From positions 1,042 to 65,041 of the forward strand of contig JAFTOF010000002.1 of NCBI GenBank assembly GCA_017451505.1: a stretch of DNA of 64,000 nt, read 5' to 3'. Below are positions 47,166 through 57,742 of this stretch, in pieces. Below the pieces are notes generated by a model that ran no database searches, was not told the origin of the DNA, and was given only the letters and a program-made list of their open reading frames with translations. The stretch is from Clostridia bacterium (GTDB lineage Bacteria; Bacillota; Clostridia; UMGS1883). Each line of letters opens with the position of its first letter. Positions within the stretch are counted from its first letter, which is position 1. Made by a program: the position numbers and the translations under genes.

Positions 47166-47888
47166 ATGTCAAATTATCCTACTGCTCACATTAATGCAAA
47201 GCCGGAGGATTTTGCAAAAACGGTTTTAATGCCGGGCGATCCGCTAAGAAGCGAATTTATTGCAAAAAATATGCTTGAGGGTGCTGTTTTAGTAAACGAT
47301 GTAAGAGGAATAAAAGGCTATACAGGTTTTTATAAGGGCGAGCGTGTCAGCGTTATGGCAAGCGGAATGGGTATGCCGTCAATTGGCATTTACAGCTACG
47401 AGCTTTTCAATTTCTTTGGTGTAAATAACATAATCAGAGTCGGAACGGCTGGTGCTTTTGACAAAAATCTTAAACTGCGTGATATTGTCTTAGCAATGGG
47501 TGCTTCCACAAATTCTGCATATGCACATCAATACAATCTCCCCGGAACATATAGTGCAATTGCTTCCTTTAAGCTACTTAGTGATGCTCACAACATTGCA
47601 AAGGATAAAAATCTTGCCTGCGTTGTGGGAAATGTGCTTTCATCAGATACTTTTTATGATGCAAATCCGCTTTCCACGGACAAATGGATTGCCATGGGAA
47701 TCAAGTGCGTTGAAATGGAATCTGCGGCACTTTATATGAACGCGGCACGGGCAAATAAGAATGCACTTTCGATACTGACGATTTCGGACAATGTTATAAC
47801 CGGAGAACAGACAACATCTGATGAAAGGCAATCATCATTTACAGATATGGTTACATTGGCACTGGAAACTGCAATTAAGGGAATGTAA
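47166..47888 (+). CDS. deoD: Purine nucleoside phosphorylase DeoD-type
   Basis: Start MSNYPTAHINAKPEDFAKTVLMPGDPLR after AAGGAGAG, with VEMESAAL. Confidence 0.9.
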   Translation: MSNYPTAHINAKPEDFAKTVLMPGDPLRSEFIAKNMLEGAVLVNDVRGIKGYTGFYKGERVSVMASGMGMPSIGIYSYELFNFFGVNNIIRVGTAGAFDKNLKLRDIVLAMGASTNSAYAHQYNLPGTYSAIASFKLLSDAHNIAKDKNLACVVGNVLSSDTFYDANPLSTDKWIAMGIKCVEMESAALYMNAARANKNALSILTISDNVITGEQTTSDERQSSFTDMVTLALETAIKGM

Positions 47889-47966
47889 AAAAACTCCAGA
47901 CTGCAAAAAGGCAACTAAAATATAAATACAGATACCATAGCCATTGATAGCTCTGATATTATTGTT

Positions 47967-48000
47967 GAAAAATCGCTTTCTATGCGATTTTTCTTCTTTT
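47967..48000 (+). terminator. Intrinsic terminator of deoD
   Basis: gaaaaatcgc/tttctat/gcgatttttc followed by ttctttt. Confidence 0.8.
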
Positions 48001-48011
48001 TATGCCTTTTT

Positions 48012-48112
48012 GCTACGAACAAACTTCGCCTCTCGACGTACCCACGTACGCCTTCGGGTAACCTTACAAAGCCTATATATAGGCTTTGTAAGCTCAGTTT
48101 GTCCGTTCTGAA
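48012..48112. repeat. Nested palindromic intergenic element (~100 bp)
   Basis: Outer inverted repeat is ACGAACAAACT (48015-48025) / AGTTTGTCCGT (48097-48107). Inner perfect 30-bp palindrome is cttacaaagcctata|tataggctttgtaag (48063-48092). The segment CTTCGCCTCTCGACGTACC resembles CTTCAGCCTCGTCGCGTACC of repeat copy C. Confidence 0.55.
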
Positions 48113-48129
48113 GCTTTTTTCCTATCCCT

Positions 48130-48891
48130 TTAAAGCTTGATGCTTACATCTCCGCTACATACATTCTCAATTTCGCCGTTTTCTTTCCGAACAATAAGGG
48201 AGTAATCTTCATTTATCCCGATAGCTTTTGCACCTTCTTCTCCATCGTTTCGCAAAATTAGAATATCCTTTCCTATTATCATTGACCTTTTTTTGTATTC
48301 CTCAAAAAGAAGCGATCTTGCGGGATTTCCATATGTATTAAAAAACTCACGAAGAAGCCCAATGATAACTTCTTCCCTTATAAAAGGACTGTCCTCCGTA
48401 AAAACCGCCCCTGCTCTGTTTTTTATATCCTCCGGAAAGCCTTCCTTTGGGGGCAGAACGTTCACACCGATTCCGAGTACTGCAAAAGGTTTATCTCCTA
48501 AGCACGACTCAGTAAGGATTCCGCAAACCTTTTTTCCGTTCATATAGATGTCATTTACCCATTTGATTTCTGCGTTTTTCCCCGTCATTTTTTCAAAAAC
48601 ACGGGCACAGCAAACCGCCGCATCGGTAGTTATATTAAGGGGATTTGTGCCTTTTTTCGGACGAAGCAGAATACTCATATATATCCCTGTGTTCTTCGGG
48701 GAATAAAAATTTCTTCCCATTCTTCCCCGTCCTCCGCTTTGTGAAGAGGCAATCAAAACGCTGTACTCCTCCCCATTATTATGCCCGTATTCTTTCATCA
48801 GTGTGTTTGTGGAGGACACAGTTTCTTCTACCTGAATTTTAAAAGGAAGCTCCATTAGCCTTTCTTCTATATACTCTTTTGATAAATCCAT
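48130..48891 (-). CDS. birA: Biotin--[acetyl-CoA-carboxylase] ligase (no N-terminal HTH domain)
   Basis: 253 aa with the GRGRMGRNF biotin-binding loop. Too short to carry the repressor wHTH domain (class I BirA). Confidence 0.85.
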   Translation of the reverse strand: MDLSKEYIEERLMELPFKIQVEETVSSTNTLMKEYGHNNGEEYSVLIASSQSGGRGRMGRNFYSPKNTGIYMSILLRPKKGTNPLNITTDAAVCCARVFEKMTGKNAEIKWVNDIYMNGKKVCGILTESCLGDKPFAVLGIGVNVLPPKEGFPEDIKNRAGAVFTEDSPFIREEVIIGLLREFFNTYGNPARSLLFEEYKKRSMIIGKDILILRNDGEEGAKAIGINEDYSLIVRKENGEIENVCSGDVSIKL

Positions 48892-48948
48892 TTCAACACC
48901 TCTTTTATAATAATACCATACTACACCCTTTTAGTCAAAGCAAAAACT

Positions 48949-48978
48949 GTAATAAAGCTTGCACCATCCTCATACAAT
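48949..48978 (+). promoter_or_regulatory. Candidate sigma-E-type sporulation promoter of spoIVA
   Basis: CATACAAT (48971-48978) matches the sigma-E -10 consensus CATACA-T. An AT-rich GTAATAA lies about 16 nt upstream. The site is 33 nt before the spoIVA ATG. Confidence 0.4.
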
Positions 48979-49010
48979 GTACCAAACTATACAAGTATGG
49001 AGGAATTTTT

Positions 49011-50489
49011 ATGGAGCAGTACAAGATATATCAGGACATTGCCGAGCGTACACAGGGGGATATTTATATCGGCGTTGTAGGTCCTGTCAGAACGGGAAAA
49101 TCCACATTTATCAAAAGATTTATGGATATGATTGTTCTACCAAATATTGAAAACGAGCATATTCGAAGCAGAACAACGGATGAGCTTCCCCAAAGCGGAA
49201 GCGGAAAGACAATAATGACAACGGAGCCGAAATTTATTCCCAATGAAGCTGTACGTATAAACGCATGGGAAAACGCTTCTTTTAATGTGCGAATGATTGA
49301 CTGCGTTGGCTACTGTGTCAACGGTGCACAGGGACACACCGAGGACGGACAGCCCAGAATGGTGACCACTCCGTGGTTTGAGGAGGATATTCCTTTTGAC
49401 AAGGCCGCAGAAATCGGCACTGAAAAGGTAATCAGGGAACACAGTACAATCGGGCTTGTGGTTACAACTGACGGAAGCATCTGTGATATTGACCGCTACG
49501 AATATGTATCTGCGGAGGAACGGGTTATATCGGAGCTTAAGGAGATAAATAAGCCTTTTATCATCTTACTTAACTCTGCAATCCCCGAAAGCGACAGTGC
49601 AAAAAAGCTCAAAGACGAGCTTGAGGAAAAATACGGTGTACCCGTTTTCCTTTGCTCCTGTTCTGAAATGCGTATTGAGGATATTAACTCAATAATGCAG
49701 AGTATTCTGTTTGAATTTCCGCTTAGAGAGCTTTCAATAAATCTCCCCGGCTGGATAGACGCTCTTCCCCAGAAGCACTACCTTAAATCCTCAATTTTTG
49801 AAACTGTTCGCACCGCAATACAGGGCATACATAAGCTTAGCCACGTAAACTCTGTATGTCCTCTGATTGCAGAAAATGAATATCTTTCAAACGCAAGAAT
49901 AAATGAAATTTCCTTAGGAAAAGGAACTGCACAGATACAAACCGAGGCTGTTGAAGGACTTTTCTACAATGTGCTCGGGGAAACCACAGGGCTTGAAATT
50001 TCCAATGATGAAGAACTGGTTTCCATGCTCTGCTCTCTGTCCGAAGCGAAGCATGAATATGATAAGGTTGCAAACGCTCTCGCTCAGGTAAGGCAAACAG
50101 GGTACGGAATTGTATCTCCGTCAATTGATGAGCTTTCGCTTCAGGAGCCTGAAATTATACGCCAAGGCGGAAGATATGGGGTAAGGCTTCGTGCAAGTGC
50201 TCCCTCCATTCATCTCATCCGTGCAGATATTCAAACAGAGGTAAATCCTATAGTGGGAAGCGAAAAACAATCGGAGGAATTAGTGCATTATCTCCTCAGT
50301 GAATTTGAAAGCGACCCTGCAAAAATATGGGAGTCGAATATTTTCGGCAAGTCCCTACATGAGCTTGTGAACGAGGGACTGCAATCAAAGCTTTCCAAAA
50401 TGCCCGACGATGCCAGAGGAAAAATTCAGGAAACTCTTACAAGAATTATTAATGAGGGCAGTGGCGGCTTGATTTGCATTATATTGTAA
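49011..50489 (+). CDS. spoIVA: Stage IV sporulation protein A
   Basis: 492 aa from MEQYKIYQDIAERTQGDIYIGVVGPVRTGKSTFIKRFM (Walker A), after GGAGG. The ORF-track start at 48879 is an unsupported upstream extension overlapping birA. Confidence 0.93.
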   Translation: MEQYKIYQDIAERTQGDIYIGVVGPVRTGKSTFIKRFMDMIVLPNIENEHIRSRTTDELPQSGSGKTIMTTEPKFIPNEAVRINAWENASFNVRMIDCVGYCVNGAQGHTEDGQPRMVTTPWFEEDIPFDKAAEIGTEKVIREHSTIGLVVTTDGSICDIDRYEYVSAEERVISELKEINKPFIILLNSAIPESDSAKKLKDELEEKYGVPVFLCSCSEMRIEDINSIMQSILFEFPLRELSINLPGWIDALPQKHYLKSSIFETVRTAIQGIHKLSHVNSVCPLIAENEYLSNARINEISLGKGTAQIQTEAVEGLFYNVLGETTGLEISNDEELVSMLCSLSEAKHEYDKVANALAQVRQTGYGIVSPSIDELSLQEPEIIRQGGRYGVRLRASAPSIHLIRADIQTEVNPIVGSEKQSEELVHYLLSEFESDPAKIWESNIFGKSLHELVNEGLQSKLSKMPDDARGKIQETLTRIINEGSGGLICIIL

Positions 50490-50492
50490 AGC

Positions 50493-50535
50493 AAAAGAAG
50501 GTGTAAAAAAGTCAGACTTTTTTACACCTTCTTTT
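50493..50535. terminator. Bidirectional intrinsic terminator
   Basis: aaaagaaggtgtaaaaaa/gtcagac/ttttttacaccttctttt. The vanZ 3' end reads into it. Confidence 0.85.
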
Positions 50536-50998
50536 TTGCTTTTATATTTTTAATGACATAATTGCAGATATTAAAAACCGAAACACCGAAAGCAGCACCT
50601 AAGGTATCAATTCCCACATCACGCATTCCCCCTGCCCTTCCCGCAACAAAGGTCTGGTGGAATTCATCGCTGCACGCGTACAGTCCCGACAGCGTAACGG
50701 CAAATATCATAGCATGAATATTTCTAAATCCATATTCCTTTAAAAGAAGATAAATAGGAATCGAAAGCAGTGCATAAGCACAAAAATGTGCACCCTTTCT
50801 TACAAAATGATTAAGATTATCCGCAATAGTTTCAATTTCTTTTTCCGACAACCTATCTGCCACATCTATTATACGCACTACTTTTTTTGTAAAGCCCGTG
50901 CTTGATTTATTGGATTGTGCGGCAGGCTGGGCGGAAAAGAAAAAGATCATCGCCGCCCATAATATTACAAGCATCCACAAAATTATCTTTTTCCTCAT
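50522..50998 (-). CDS. VanZ family protein
   Basis: 158 aa with four TM helices and a VanZ-like core (KGAHFCAYALL, DEFHQTFV.GR). Confidence 0.8.
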   Translation of the reverse strand: MRKKIILWMLVILWAAMIFFFSAQPAAQSNKSSTGFTKKVVRIIDVADRLSEKEIETIADNLNHFVRKGAHFCAYALLSIPIYLLLKEYGFRNIHAMIFAVTLSGLYACSDEFHQTFVAGRAGGMRDVGIDTLGAAFGVSVFNICNYVIKNIKAKKKV

Positions 50999-51066
50999 AT
51001 CACACTCACCCTATATGGTAATATCATATACCCTATAGAGAAAAATGTCAAGCTATCTGTCGGCTA

Positions 51067-51612
51067 TCAATCTTCCATATGCTTCCCCAAAAAGCCTGCG
51101 GCACTTTGGCAAAGCTTTTTTTCAACCTCGCCCACAGGCATTGTTTCCTTATCCGACACCATCATTACGCTACCGATAATATCGCCCTCACTGACAATGG
51201 GAGCCACCACGCCTGCAAAATATTTTTCCGAGCCGTCAACTACGGGAAGTCCGCTTCCGTCCCTTGAATCAATGGCAAATACTATTTTCTTTTCCATCAT
51301 TTTTTCTACATCTTCGCTGATGCGTTTTTCCACAAGCTCTTTTTTGGGAGCACCCGATACTGCAATTACACTGTCCTTATCGGTAATAACTACGGGAAGT
51401 CCGCTGGTTTTTGCCAGGGTTTCGGCATATCCCGCGGCAAATTCACCAAGTTCTCCGATTGGAGAATACTTTTTGAATATCACTTCGCCGTCTCTTTCTG
51501 TAAATATTTCCAGTGGGTCTCCTTCCCTAATCCGCATGGTGCGACGAATTTCTTTGGGTATTACAACACGACCAAGGTCATCTATTCTTCTTACAATTCC
51601 TGTTGCTTTCAT
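51067..51612 (-). CDS. spoVT: Stage V sporulation protein T
   Basis: 181 aa. AbrB-type N-terminus MKATGIVRRIDDLGRVVIPKEIRRTMRIREGDPLEIF plus a GAF-like C-terminal domain. Confidence 0.9.
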   Translation of the reverse strand: MKATGIVRRIDDLGRVVIPKEIRRTMRIREGDPLEIFTERDGEVIFKKYSPIGELGEFAAGYAETLAKTSGLPVVITDKDSVIAVSGAPKKELVEKRISEDVEKMMEKKIVFAIDSRDGSGLPVVDGSEKYFAGVVAPIVSEGDIIGSVMMVSDKETMPVGEVEKKLCQSAAGFLGKHMED

Positions 51613-51744
51613 ATAATTAGTCTCCTTTATTATGCGGCTCGTCGGAAACCGCCGAACCCTATATTTTGAATTTACAAAATTATTTTGTGCAAGTGAGGAA
51701 TTTTTATGTAATGAAAAAATTGGGAAATATCAATTAAAATAATT

Positions 51745-51786
51745 AAGAAAGCGTGCCGGTATTTTTAACCGACACGCCTGTTTTTA
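51745..51786. terminator. Intrinsic terminator downstream of the PFL-family gene
   Basis: gcgtgccgg/tatttttaa/ccgacacgc with flanking A/T runs. Confidence 0.7.
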
Positions 51787-51799
51787 TATTATAGCATAT

Positions 51800-53152
51800 T
51801 TAATTTTTTAAGCTATGCATAGGAGCAGGGATTCTGCCGCCACGGCTGATGAAATCCACGCAGCCATAGGGATTTACAGGCATTACGGGACCTGTACCTA
51901 AAAGTCCGCCGAATTCCACGGTGTCCCCCACCTTTTTCCCGGGTGCAGGAATAATTCTGAGTGCCGTTGTTTTGGTATTTATAACACCGATTGCAACCTC
52001 ATCTGCCAAAATTCCCGATATTGTTTCTGCCGAAGTATCTCCGGGAACAACAACCATATCTATACCAACCGAGCAAACACATGTCATTGCTTCAAGCTTT
52101 TCAAGAGAGAGTGCTCCGCATCTTACCGCATCAATCATACCTGCATCTTCACTAACAGGAATGAATGCACCGCTGAGACCGCCTACATAGGAGGAAGCCA
52201 TTACGCCGCCTTTTTTCACGGCATCGTTAAGCAGGGCAAGAGCCGCCGTAGTTCCCGGTGCTCCGCATTTCTCAACGCCCATTTCTTCAAGAATATGTGC
52301 CACACTGTCACCGATTGCGGGAGTAGGTGCCAGGGAAAGGTCTACAATTCCTGACTGTGCACCGAGCCTTTTTGCAGCTTCACCTGCCACAAGCTGACCC
52401 ATGCGGGTGATTTTAAACGCGGTCTTTTTGATAGTATCTGCTACAACTCCGAAATCAGCACCCTTTACCTTTTCAAGTGCCTTTTTTACAACGCCGGGGC
52501 CGCTTACTCCAACGTTTATTACACATTCACCCTCACCCGTCCCGTGAAACGCACCTGCCATAAAGGGGTTATCCTCAACAGCATTTGCAAACACCACAAG
52601 CTTTGCACAACCAAAGCCGTCACGGTCTTTTGAAAGCTCTGCCGTTCTCTTAATAATTCTTCCCATGTGTGCCACAGCATCCATGGAAATACCTGCCTTT
52701 GTTGAGCCTACATTTACACTGGAACAAATCTTGTTCGTGGTGCAAAGGGCCTCGGGAATGGTTTCAATAAAGTCATATTCCCCTTTGGTATATCCTTTCT
52801 GTACCAGTGCGGAATAGCCGCCGATAAAATTAACACCCGTAGCATCCGCTGCACGGTCAAGTGCCTTGGCAAATTTAACATAATCGCCACAGGCAGAGCC
52901 TACAATTGAAATGGGCGTTACCGAAATTCTCTTATTTATAATCGGTATACCAAGTTCTCTTTCAAGCTGCTCCCCTACGGGGACAAGATTTTCTGCAAGG
53001 CGGGCTACCTTATCATAAACCTTCTGTGAAGCAATATCTGAATCCTGACCAATGCAGTCAAGGAGAGAAATTCCCATTGTGATTGTTCTTATATCAAGAT
53101 GTTCATTATCCACCATATTAATGGTTTCCATTATTTCAAAAGGATCTATCAT
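51800..53152 (-). CDS. PFL family protein (UPF0210 / DUF711)
   Basis: 450 aa with the typical N-terminus ...[15 protein letters not shown]. Confidence 0.8.
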   Translation of the reverse strand: MIDPFEIMETINMVDNEHLDIRTITMGISLLDCIGQDSDIASQKVYDKVARLAENLVPVGEQLERELGIPIINKRISVTPISIVGSACGDYVKFAKALDRAADATGVNFIGGYSALVQKGYTKGEYDFIETIPEALCTTNKICSSVNVGSTKAGISMDAVAHMGRIIKRTAELSKDRDGFGCAKLVVFANAVEDNPFMAGAFHGTGEGECVINVGVSGPGVVKKALEKVKGADFGVVADTIKKTAFKITRMGQLVAGEAAKRLGAQSGIVDLSLAPTPAIGDSVAHILEEMGVEKCGAPGTTAALALLNDAVKKGGVMASSYVGGLSGAFIPVSEDAGMIDAVRCGALSLEKLEAMTCVCSVGIDMVVVPGDTSAETISGILADEVAIGVINTKTTALRIIPAPGKKVGDTVEFGGLLGTGPVMPVNPYGCVDFISRGGRIPAPMHSLKN

Positions 53153-53164
53153 TTCGCTACCCCC

Positions 53165-53434
53165 TTAAATTCTGTGCATTGAATCAAAAACTTTTTTGTT
53201 GCGAACCTGAATTTTCTGACCAAGTTCTTCACCCAAAGCCTTTAATTCATTTACCGTTTGGGCAAATGATATGTTGGAATTTTTCATATCCACTATCATC
53301 ACCATTAAAAACTGATTTTCATATGTAGTTTGTGAAATATCAATTATATTAATTTCATTTTTGGCAAGAAGTTCACTTACCTTTGCTATGATACCCACGC
53401 TGTCCTTACCCATAACCGTTATAACCGATTTCAA
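53165..53434 (-). CDS. ACT domain-containing protein (UPF0237)
   Basis: 89 aa, MKSVITVMGKDSVGIIAKVSELLA. This is the conserved partner gene upstream of the UPF0210 gene. Confidence 0.8.
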   Translation of the reverse strand: MKSVITVMGKDSVGIIAKVSELLAKNEINIIDISQTTYENQFLMVMIVDMKNSNISFAQTVNELKALGEELGQKIQVRNKKVFDSMHRI

Positions 53435-53449
53435 AAGTATTCCCCCTTA

Positions 53450-53492
53450 AAAATAAAACCATGCAGCTATTATAACACCACATGGTTTTTAT
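53450..53492 (-). terminator. Intrinsic terminator of abrB
   Basis: Reverse strand reads AAAACCATG-(17 nt)-CATGGTTTT followed by ATTTTT. Confidence 0.6.
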
Positions 53493-53498
53493 TTCAAG

Positions 53499-53753
53499 TC
53501 AAATTACAGTTTTTTTAATGTCATCTATACAATTGCCGCAAACATTCTTTCCCTGATATACGAAGATGTTTTCTTTAGCCCCGCAGAAAATGCAGGTCGG
53601 ATTGTATTTTCTTAAAATAATATTCTCTCCCTCGACGTAAATTTCAAGAGGGTCACGAATTGCAATATCCAAAGTACGCCTCAGTTCAATGGGAAGCACT
53701 ATTCTTCCAAGCTCATCAACTTTTCTGACAATACCTGTCTCTTTCATAGCCAT
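53499..53753 (-). CDS. abrB: AbrB family transition-state regulator (clostridial type with CxxC...CxxC tail)
   Basis: 84 aa: MAMKETGIVRKVDELGRIVLPIELRRTLDIAIRDPLEIYVEG, then CIFCG...CGNC. Confidence 0.88.
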   Translation of the reverse strand: MAMKETGIVRKVDELGRIVLPIELRRTLDIAIRDPLEIYVEGENIILRKYNPTCIFCGAKENIFVYQGKNVCGNCIDDIKKTVI

Positions 53754-53940
53754 TTCCTCCTCGTTTGTTCTTTATAGATACAATATACCAAATTTTGTCT
53801 GTATGGTCAACAGATAATCTGTTAATAATTTGTAAATTCCGACAATTTTTTCATTCTTTTTCATTTTTGAACTGTTGCAATTTAAACGACTGTATGTTAT
53901 TATATAATAGTTGAAAAATACAAAATGCGAGGTGCAAATT

Positions 53941-55347
53941 ATGTTAAAAAAATCATTAGCCTTACTTACATGTTTAATAATGCTTTTCACATCTGCCGTT
54001 TTTGCGGAAGATGTAAAGTCTGAGGAAAATATAAACACGGAAATTCAGATTGTTATAGATGGAGAAAATCTCATTCCCAAAGACGTTAACGGTAAAATTG
54101 TACATCCGTTTCTCTTAGAGGGAACCACATATCTGCCCGTCCGTGCCGTGTCCGAGGCATTGGGACAGCAGGTAGAATGGGACGGCATAAACCGAATTGT
54201 TTACATTGGTGAAAAGCCGTCAGTGGCATTGGAAGCCGCCGATGTTATTAAAATTGTGATAAATGGCACTTTAATAGAACCTAAAGATGTCAACGGAAAA
54301 GTTGTAAATCCGTTCCTTATTGATGGTACAACCTACGTCCCTGTCCGTGCAATCACCGAGGCTCTGGGCAAAAAAATAGATTGGGACGGTGAAACAAGAA
54401 CCGTTTATATAACAGGGGATTTTTATAAGGTTGACCTTGGCACGTTAAAAGCTTTTTCCGACAAAACATTGATTAAGGTTGACTCACAAGCGATTAACGC
54501 CGGTCTTTTCAATATGCTCCTTTATAATTTCACAACGGATGAATTCATGAAAGAGACTTGCGATAATTATACCCCTGACGCTACTTTGCAGACTCTTACC
54601 ATTGATTCTGTGCCTGCCGCACAAATGCTTACTTCCGAAATTGAAAATACCATTACCCAGATTTATGCCCTTTGTGCTTATGCGGAGAAAATTAACATTA
54701 CATTTGATGAGGAATTCAAAAAGTTTTCAGCTGAACTGCTTGGTTATATAGAGCAAGAATTGGCAAAGCAGTACAATGCCGATAAAGCTATTGAGGCTGG
54801 GATTATAAGTAAAGAAGAATTTCAGGATTTTGCAAATAAATTCCTTATTTATGTGATAACAGCTCAAACAATTCAGGAGGATGCAGCAAAGAAGGATTAC
54901 GATATTTCCGAATATGAAAAAATCTTCCGTACAAATTATATCACCGCAAAGCATATTCTTGTAGAGGATGAGGCTCTTGCTAAAGAGCTTATCTCCCGCA
55001 TTGAAAAGGGAGAAAGCTTTGACACGCTTATGAAAGAGCATAACATTGACCCCGGTGCTACCGAGGAGGGTTATACATTTACCATGGGAGAAATGGTAGA
55101 GCCTTTTGAAAAAGCAGCATTTGCTTTAAAAGAGAATGAGTATACAAAAGCACCTGTAAAAACCGATTTTGGTTATCATATTATTTTGCGTATGCCCTTA
55201 AGCGAGAAAGAGCTTTCCGAAGCTAAAAATTATTGGATAAACCTCCTTGCACAAAATGCCGCACAGGAGGAAATTAACAAAATAATTGAAAGCTCAAAGG
55301 TCGAGCATACGACCGATTACGAAAATTATATAAAAACAATTAAGTAA
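53941..55347 (+). CDS. PrsA-like parvulin peptidyl-prolyl isomerase fused to two copper-amine-oxidase-N-like (stalk) repeats
   Basis: Start [16 protein letters not shown] (signal peptide). Two repeats of VNGK.V.PFL..GTTY.PVRA..EALG...WDG. C-terminal PpiC domain (AKHILV...FGYHIILRM). Confidence 0.8.
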   Translation: MLKKSLALLTCLIMLFTSAVFAEDVKSEENINTEIQIVIDGENLIPKDVNGKIVHPFLLEGTTYLPVRAVSEALGQQVEWDGINRIVYIGEKPSVALEAADVIKIVINGTLIEPKDVNGKVVNPFLIDGTTYVPVRAITEALGKKIDWDGETRTVYITGDFYKVDLGTLKAFSDKTLIKVDSQAINAGLFNMLLYNFTTDEFMKETCDNYTPDATLQTLTIDSVPAAQMLTSEIENTITQIYALCAYAEKINITFDEEFKKFSAELLGYIEQELAKQYNADKAIEAGIISKEEFQDFANKFLIYVITAQTIQEDAAKKDYDISEYEKIFRTNYITAKHILVEDEALAKELISRIEKGESFDTLMKEHNIDPGATEEGYTFTMGEMVEPFEKAAFALKENEYTKAPVKTDFGYHIILRMPLSEKELSEAKNYWINLLAQNAAQEEINKIIESSKVEHTTDYENYIKTIK

Positions 55348-55357
55348 GGACTTTATT

Positions 55358-57742
55358 ATGGCAACAAAAAAAGAAATATTACCTATTATTCCCGTACGCG
55401 GATTTGTGATTTTTCCGAAAACGGTATTTCACTTTGACGTGGCAAGGGAAAAAAGCAAAAATGCAGTGCTCAAAGCAGTTTCATCAAACGGGCTTATCTT
55501 CCTTGCCACGCAGAAGAATGATGCAATAGAGGAGCCAAGCGAAAGTGACGTAAATGCTTTTGGTACAATTGCAAAAATAAAACAAATTCTTAAGCTTCCC
55601 GACGGGTGTCTTCGAATCCTTGTTGAGGGAGAAGCACGCGGAAAGCTTAATGGTTCTTTTGTCTGTGAAAATCTCTATGAAGGTTGTGTTGTATATAAAA
55701 ATTCTTCCGACAGAGATTTATCGGTTGAAGAATATTCAGCATTTCTTAATCAGATACACTATCTGATTAATGATTATATTGAGCTTAATCCTAAGCTATC
55801 TACAGAAAGCTTTCTAAAGGATTTGCCCGAATCAAGTCCGTCGGATTTTTGCGATACAATTGCTTTTAATTTGATTCGTGGTAACGAGGATAAGCAGGAG
55901 CTTCTTCAGACTACAAATGTTAAAAAGAGACTTCTTAAACTCATTGACATTATGACAAAAGAGGTTAAAATCCTTGATGTGGAAAGTATCATCGCCGCTA
56001 AGGTAAAGCAGCAGATGGATGACCACAATCATGAATATTATCTTCGGGAACAGCTTCGTGCAATAAGAGAAGAACTGGGCGATGATAAGGAAGACGAAGT
56101 GTCGGAGCTTAGAAATCGTATTGAAAGCACCCCTCTGCCGGAAGAAGTGTACCAAAAAGCGATGCGTGAGCTTAATAACTATGAAAAGCTTCCTCCCTCA
56201 TCTCCGGAAAGCAGTATTGCAAGAAATTATTTAGAGCTTATCTGCGACCTGCCTTGGGAAACATATACTGAAGAGAACAAAGATCTTGACTGTGCAAGAA
56301 AAGTTCTTGAACGCGACCATTACGGTATGGAAAAAGTAAAGGAAAGAGTTTTGGAGCAGCTTGCAGTCATTAATCGAACAGGGAATCCCACAGGAAGCAT
56401 ACTTTGTCTTCACGGAGCACCGGGTGTAGGAAAAACCTCAATCGCGAAATCAATTGCAGAAGCTACAGGGCGAAACTATGTACGAATCAGTCTTGGTGGA
56501 ATGAAAGATGAATCAGAGCTTCGAGGACATAGAAAAACCTATGTGGGGGCAATGCCCGGAAGAATTGTAAATGCTCTTAAAAAAGCAAAATCCTCAAATC
56601 CATTGATTCTTCTTGATGAAATTGATAAGGTCGGCTCCGATTACAAAGGTGATCCCTCCTCTGCCCTACTGGAAATTTTGGACAGGGAACAAAATTCATC
56701 ATTCAGGGATAACTATCTTGAGCTTGGCCTTGATTTATCGAAGGTGCTTTTTATTGCAACTGCTAACGATACCTCTACAATCCCCCGACCGCTTCTTGAC
56801 AGAATGGAGGTATTAGAGCTTTCAAGTTATACAGACGATGAGAAATTTAACATAGCAAAGTTGCATCTTCTTCCCAAGCAGATGCAGCGGCACTGTCTGG
56901 ATAAAAAGGACCTTAAGCTTTCCGACAAAGCCATAAAGACTATAATTGAATGCTATACAAAGGAATCAGGAGTAAGAAAACTGGAGCGTGAAATTGAAAA
57001 AATTTGCAGAAAAGCCATTATTGCACAGGCGAAAAATGCAGGCTCTATATCGGTTACAGAAAAAAATCTTTCCGATTTCCTCGGCGAGAAAAAATATATA
57101 GAAAATTCAGTAGATACAAAGCCTGCTATAGGCGTGGTAAACGGGCTTGCATGGACGCAGGTTGGCGGGGAGATACTTCAGTGTGAGGCAATTTCTCTCC
57201 CCGGAAGCGGAAAAATCCAAATTACCGGTAAGCTTGGGGACGTAATGAAAGAGTCAGCTCAGGCGGCGGTTTCTTTTATCCGTTCTATTTCTGACACTCT
57301 TAATATACAGCACGACTTTTATGAAAAAAGAGATATACATATACACTTCCCTGAGGGTGCAGTCCCAAAAGACGGCCCCAGTGCAGGTATCACAATAGCA
57401 ACTGCCGTGGCAAGTGCACTTTCGGGCATATATGTACGCAGTGATATCGCCATGACAGGCGAAATATCACTTACAGGCAGAGTTTTGCCTATCGGCGGGC
57501 TTAAGGAAAAGGCTCTTGCGGCGTATCGAAATAAAATTACTAATATAGTTATTCCGCATGGTAATATTAAAGACCTTGAAGAAATTCCTCCCCACATTCG
57601 CAGTGAGATTAATTTTATTCCTGTTAAAAGCTGTGATGAGGTTTTAAAGCTTGCACTGCTTAATAAAACAAATGTGGAAAAGGTTAAACAAGCTTCTCTG
57701 CCGCTAAGAAAGGAAAGGGGCATGACGCATGAATATTCATAA
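55358..57742 (+). CDS. lon: Endopeptidase La (Lon protease)
   Basis: 794 aa with LON N-domain, AAA+ GAPGVGKTS and protease motif DGPSAGIT. Confidence 0.95.
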   Translation: MATKKEILPIIPVRGFVIFPKTVFHFDVAREKSKNAVLKAVSSNGLIFLATQKNDAIEEPSESDVNAFGTIAKIKQILKLPDGCLRILVEGEARGKLNGSFVCENLYEGCVVYKNSSDRDLSVEEYSAFLNQIHYLINDYIELNPKLSTESFLKDLPESSPSDFCDTIAFNLIRGNEDKQELLQTTNVKKRLLKLIDIMTKEVKILDVESIIAAKVKQQMDDHNHEYYLREQLRAIREELGDDKEDEVSELRNRIESTPLPEEVYQKAMRELNNYEKLPPSSPESSIARNYLELICDLPWETYTEENKDLDCARKVLERDHYGMEKVKERVLEQLAVINRTGNPTGSILCLHGAPGVGKTSIAKSIAEATGRNYVRISLGGMKDESELRGHRKTYVGAMPGRIVNALKKAKSSNPLILLDEIDKVGSDYKGDPSSALLEILDREQNSSFRDNYLELGLDLSKVLFIATANDTSTIPRPLLDRMEVLELSSYTDDEKFNIAKLHLLPKQMQRHCLDKKDLKLSDKAIKTIIECYTKESGVRKLEREIEKICRKAIIAQAKNAGSISVTEKNLSDFLGEKKYIENSVDTKPAIGVVNGLAWTQVGGEILQCEAISLPGSGKIQITGKLGDVMKESAQAAVSFIRSISDTLNIQHDFYEKRDIHIHFPEGAVPKDGPSAGITIATAVASALSGIYVRSDIAMTGEISLTGRVLPIGGLKEKALAAYRNKITNIVIPHGNIKDLEEIPPHIRSEINFIPVKSCDEVLKLALLNKTNVEKVKQASLPLRKERGMTHEYS

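Noticed and set aside
48879-49010. Long upstream extensions in ORF-track starts (spoIVA 48879, uxaB 40436, dapB 23849, truA 10598, deoD 47112, dapA 22744)
   Set aside because: Each extension lacks an RBS and overlaps a neighbouring gene, promoter or hairpin. In each case an internal start with a good Shine-Dalgarno sequence reproduces the canonical N-terminus of the family.
51745-51786. AAGAAAGCGTGCCGG... resembles the 5' end of the stop-proximal repeat
   Set aside because: The similarity is limited to about 13 nt. The orientation is opposite to the neighbouring genes, and the sequence is fully explained as an intrinsic terminator hairpin (gcgtgccgg/ccgacacgc).
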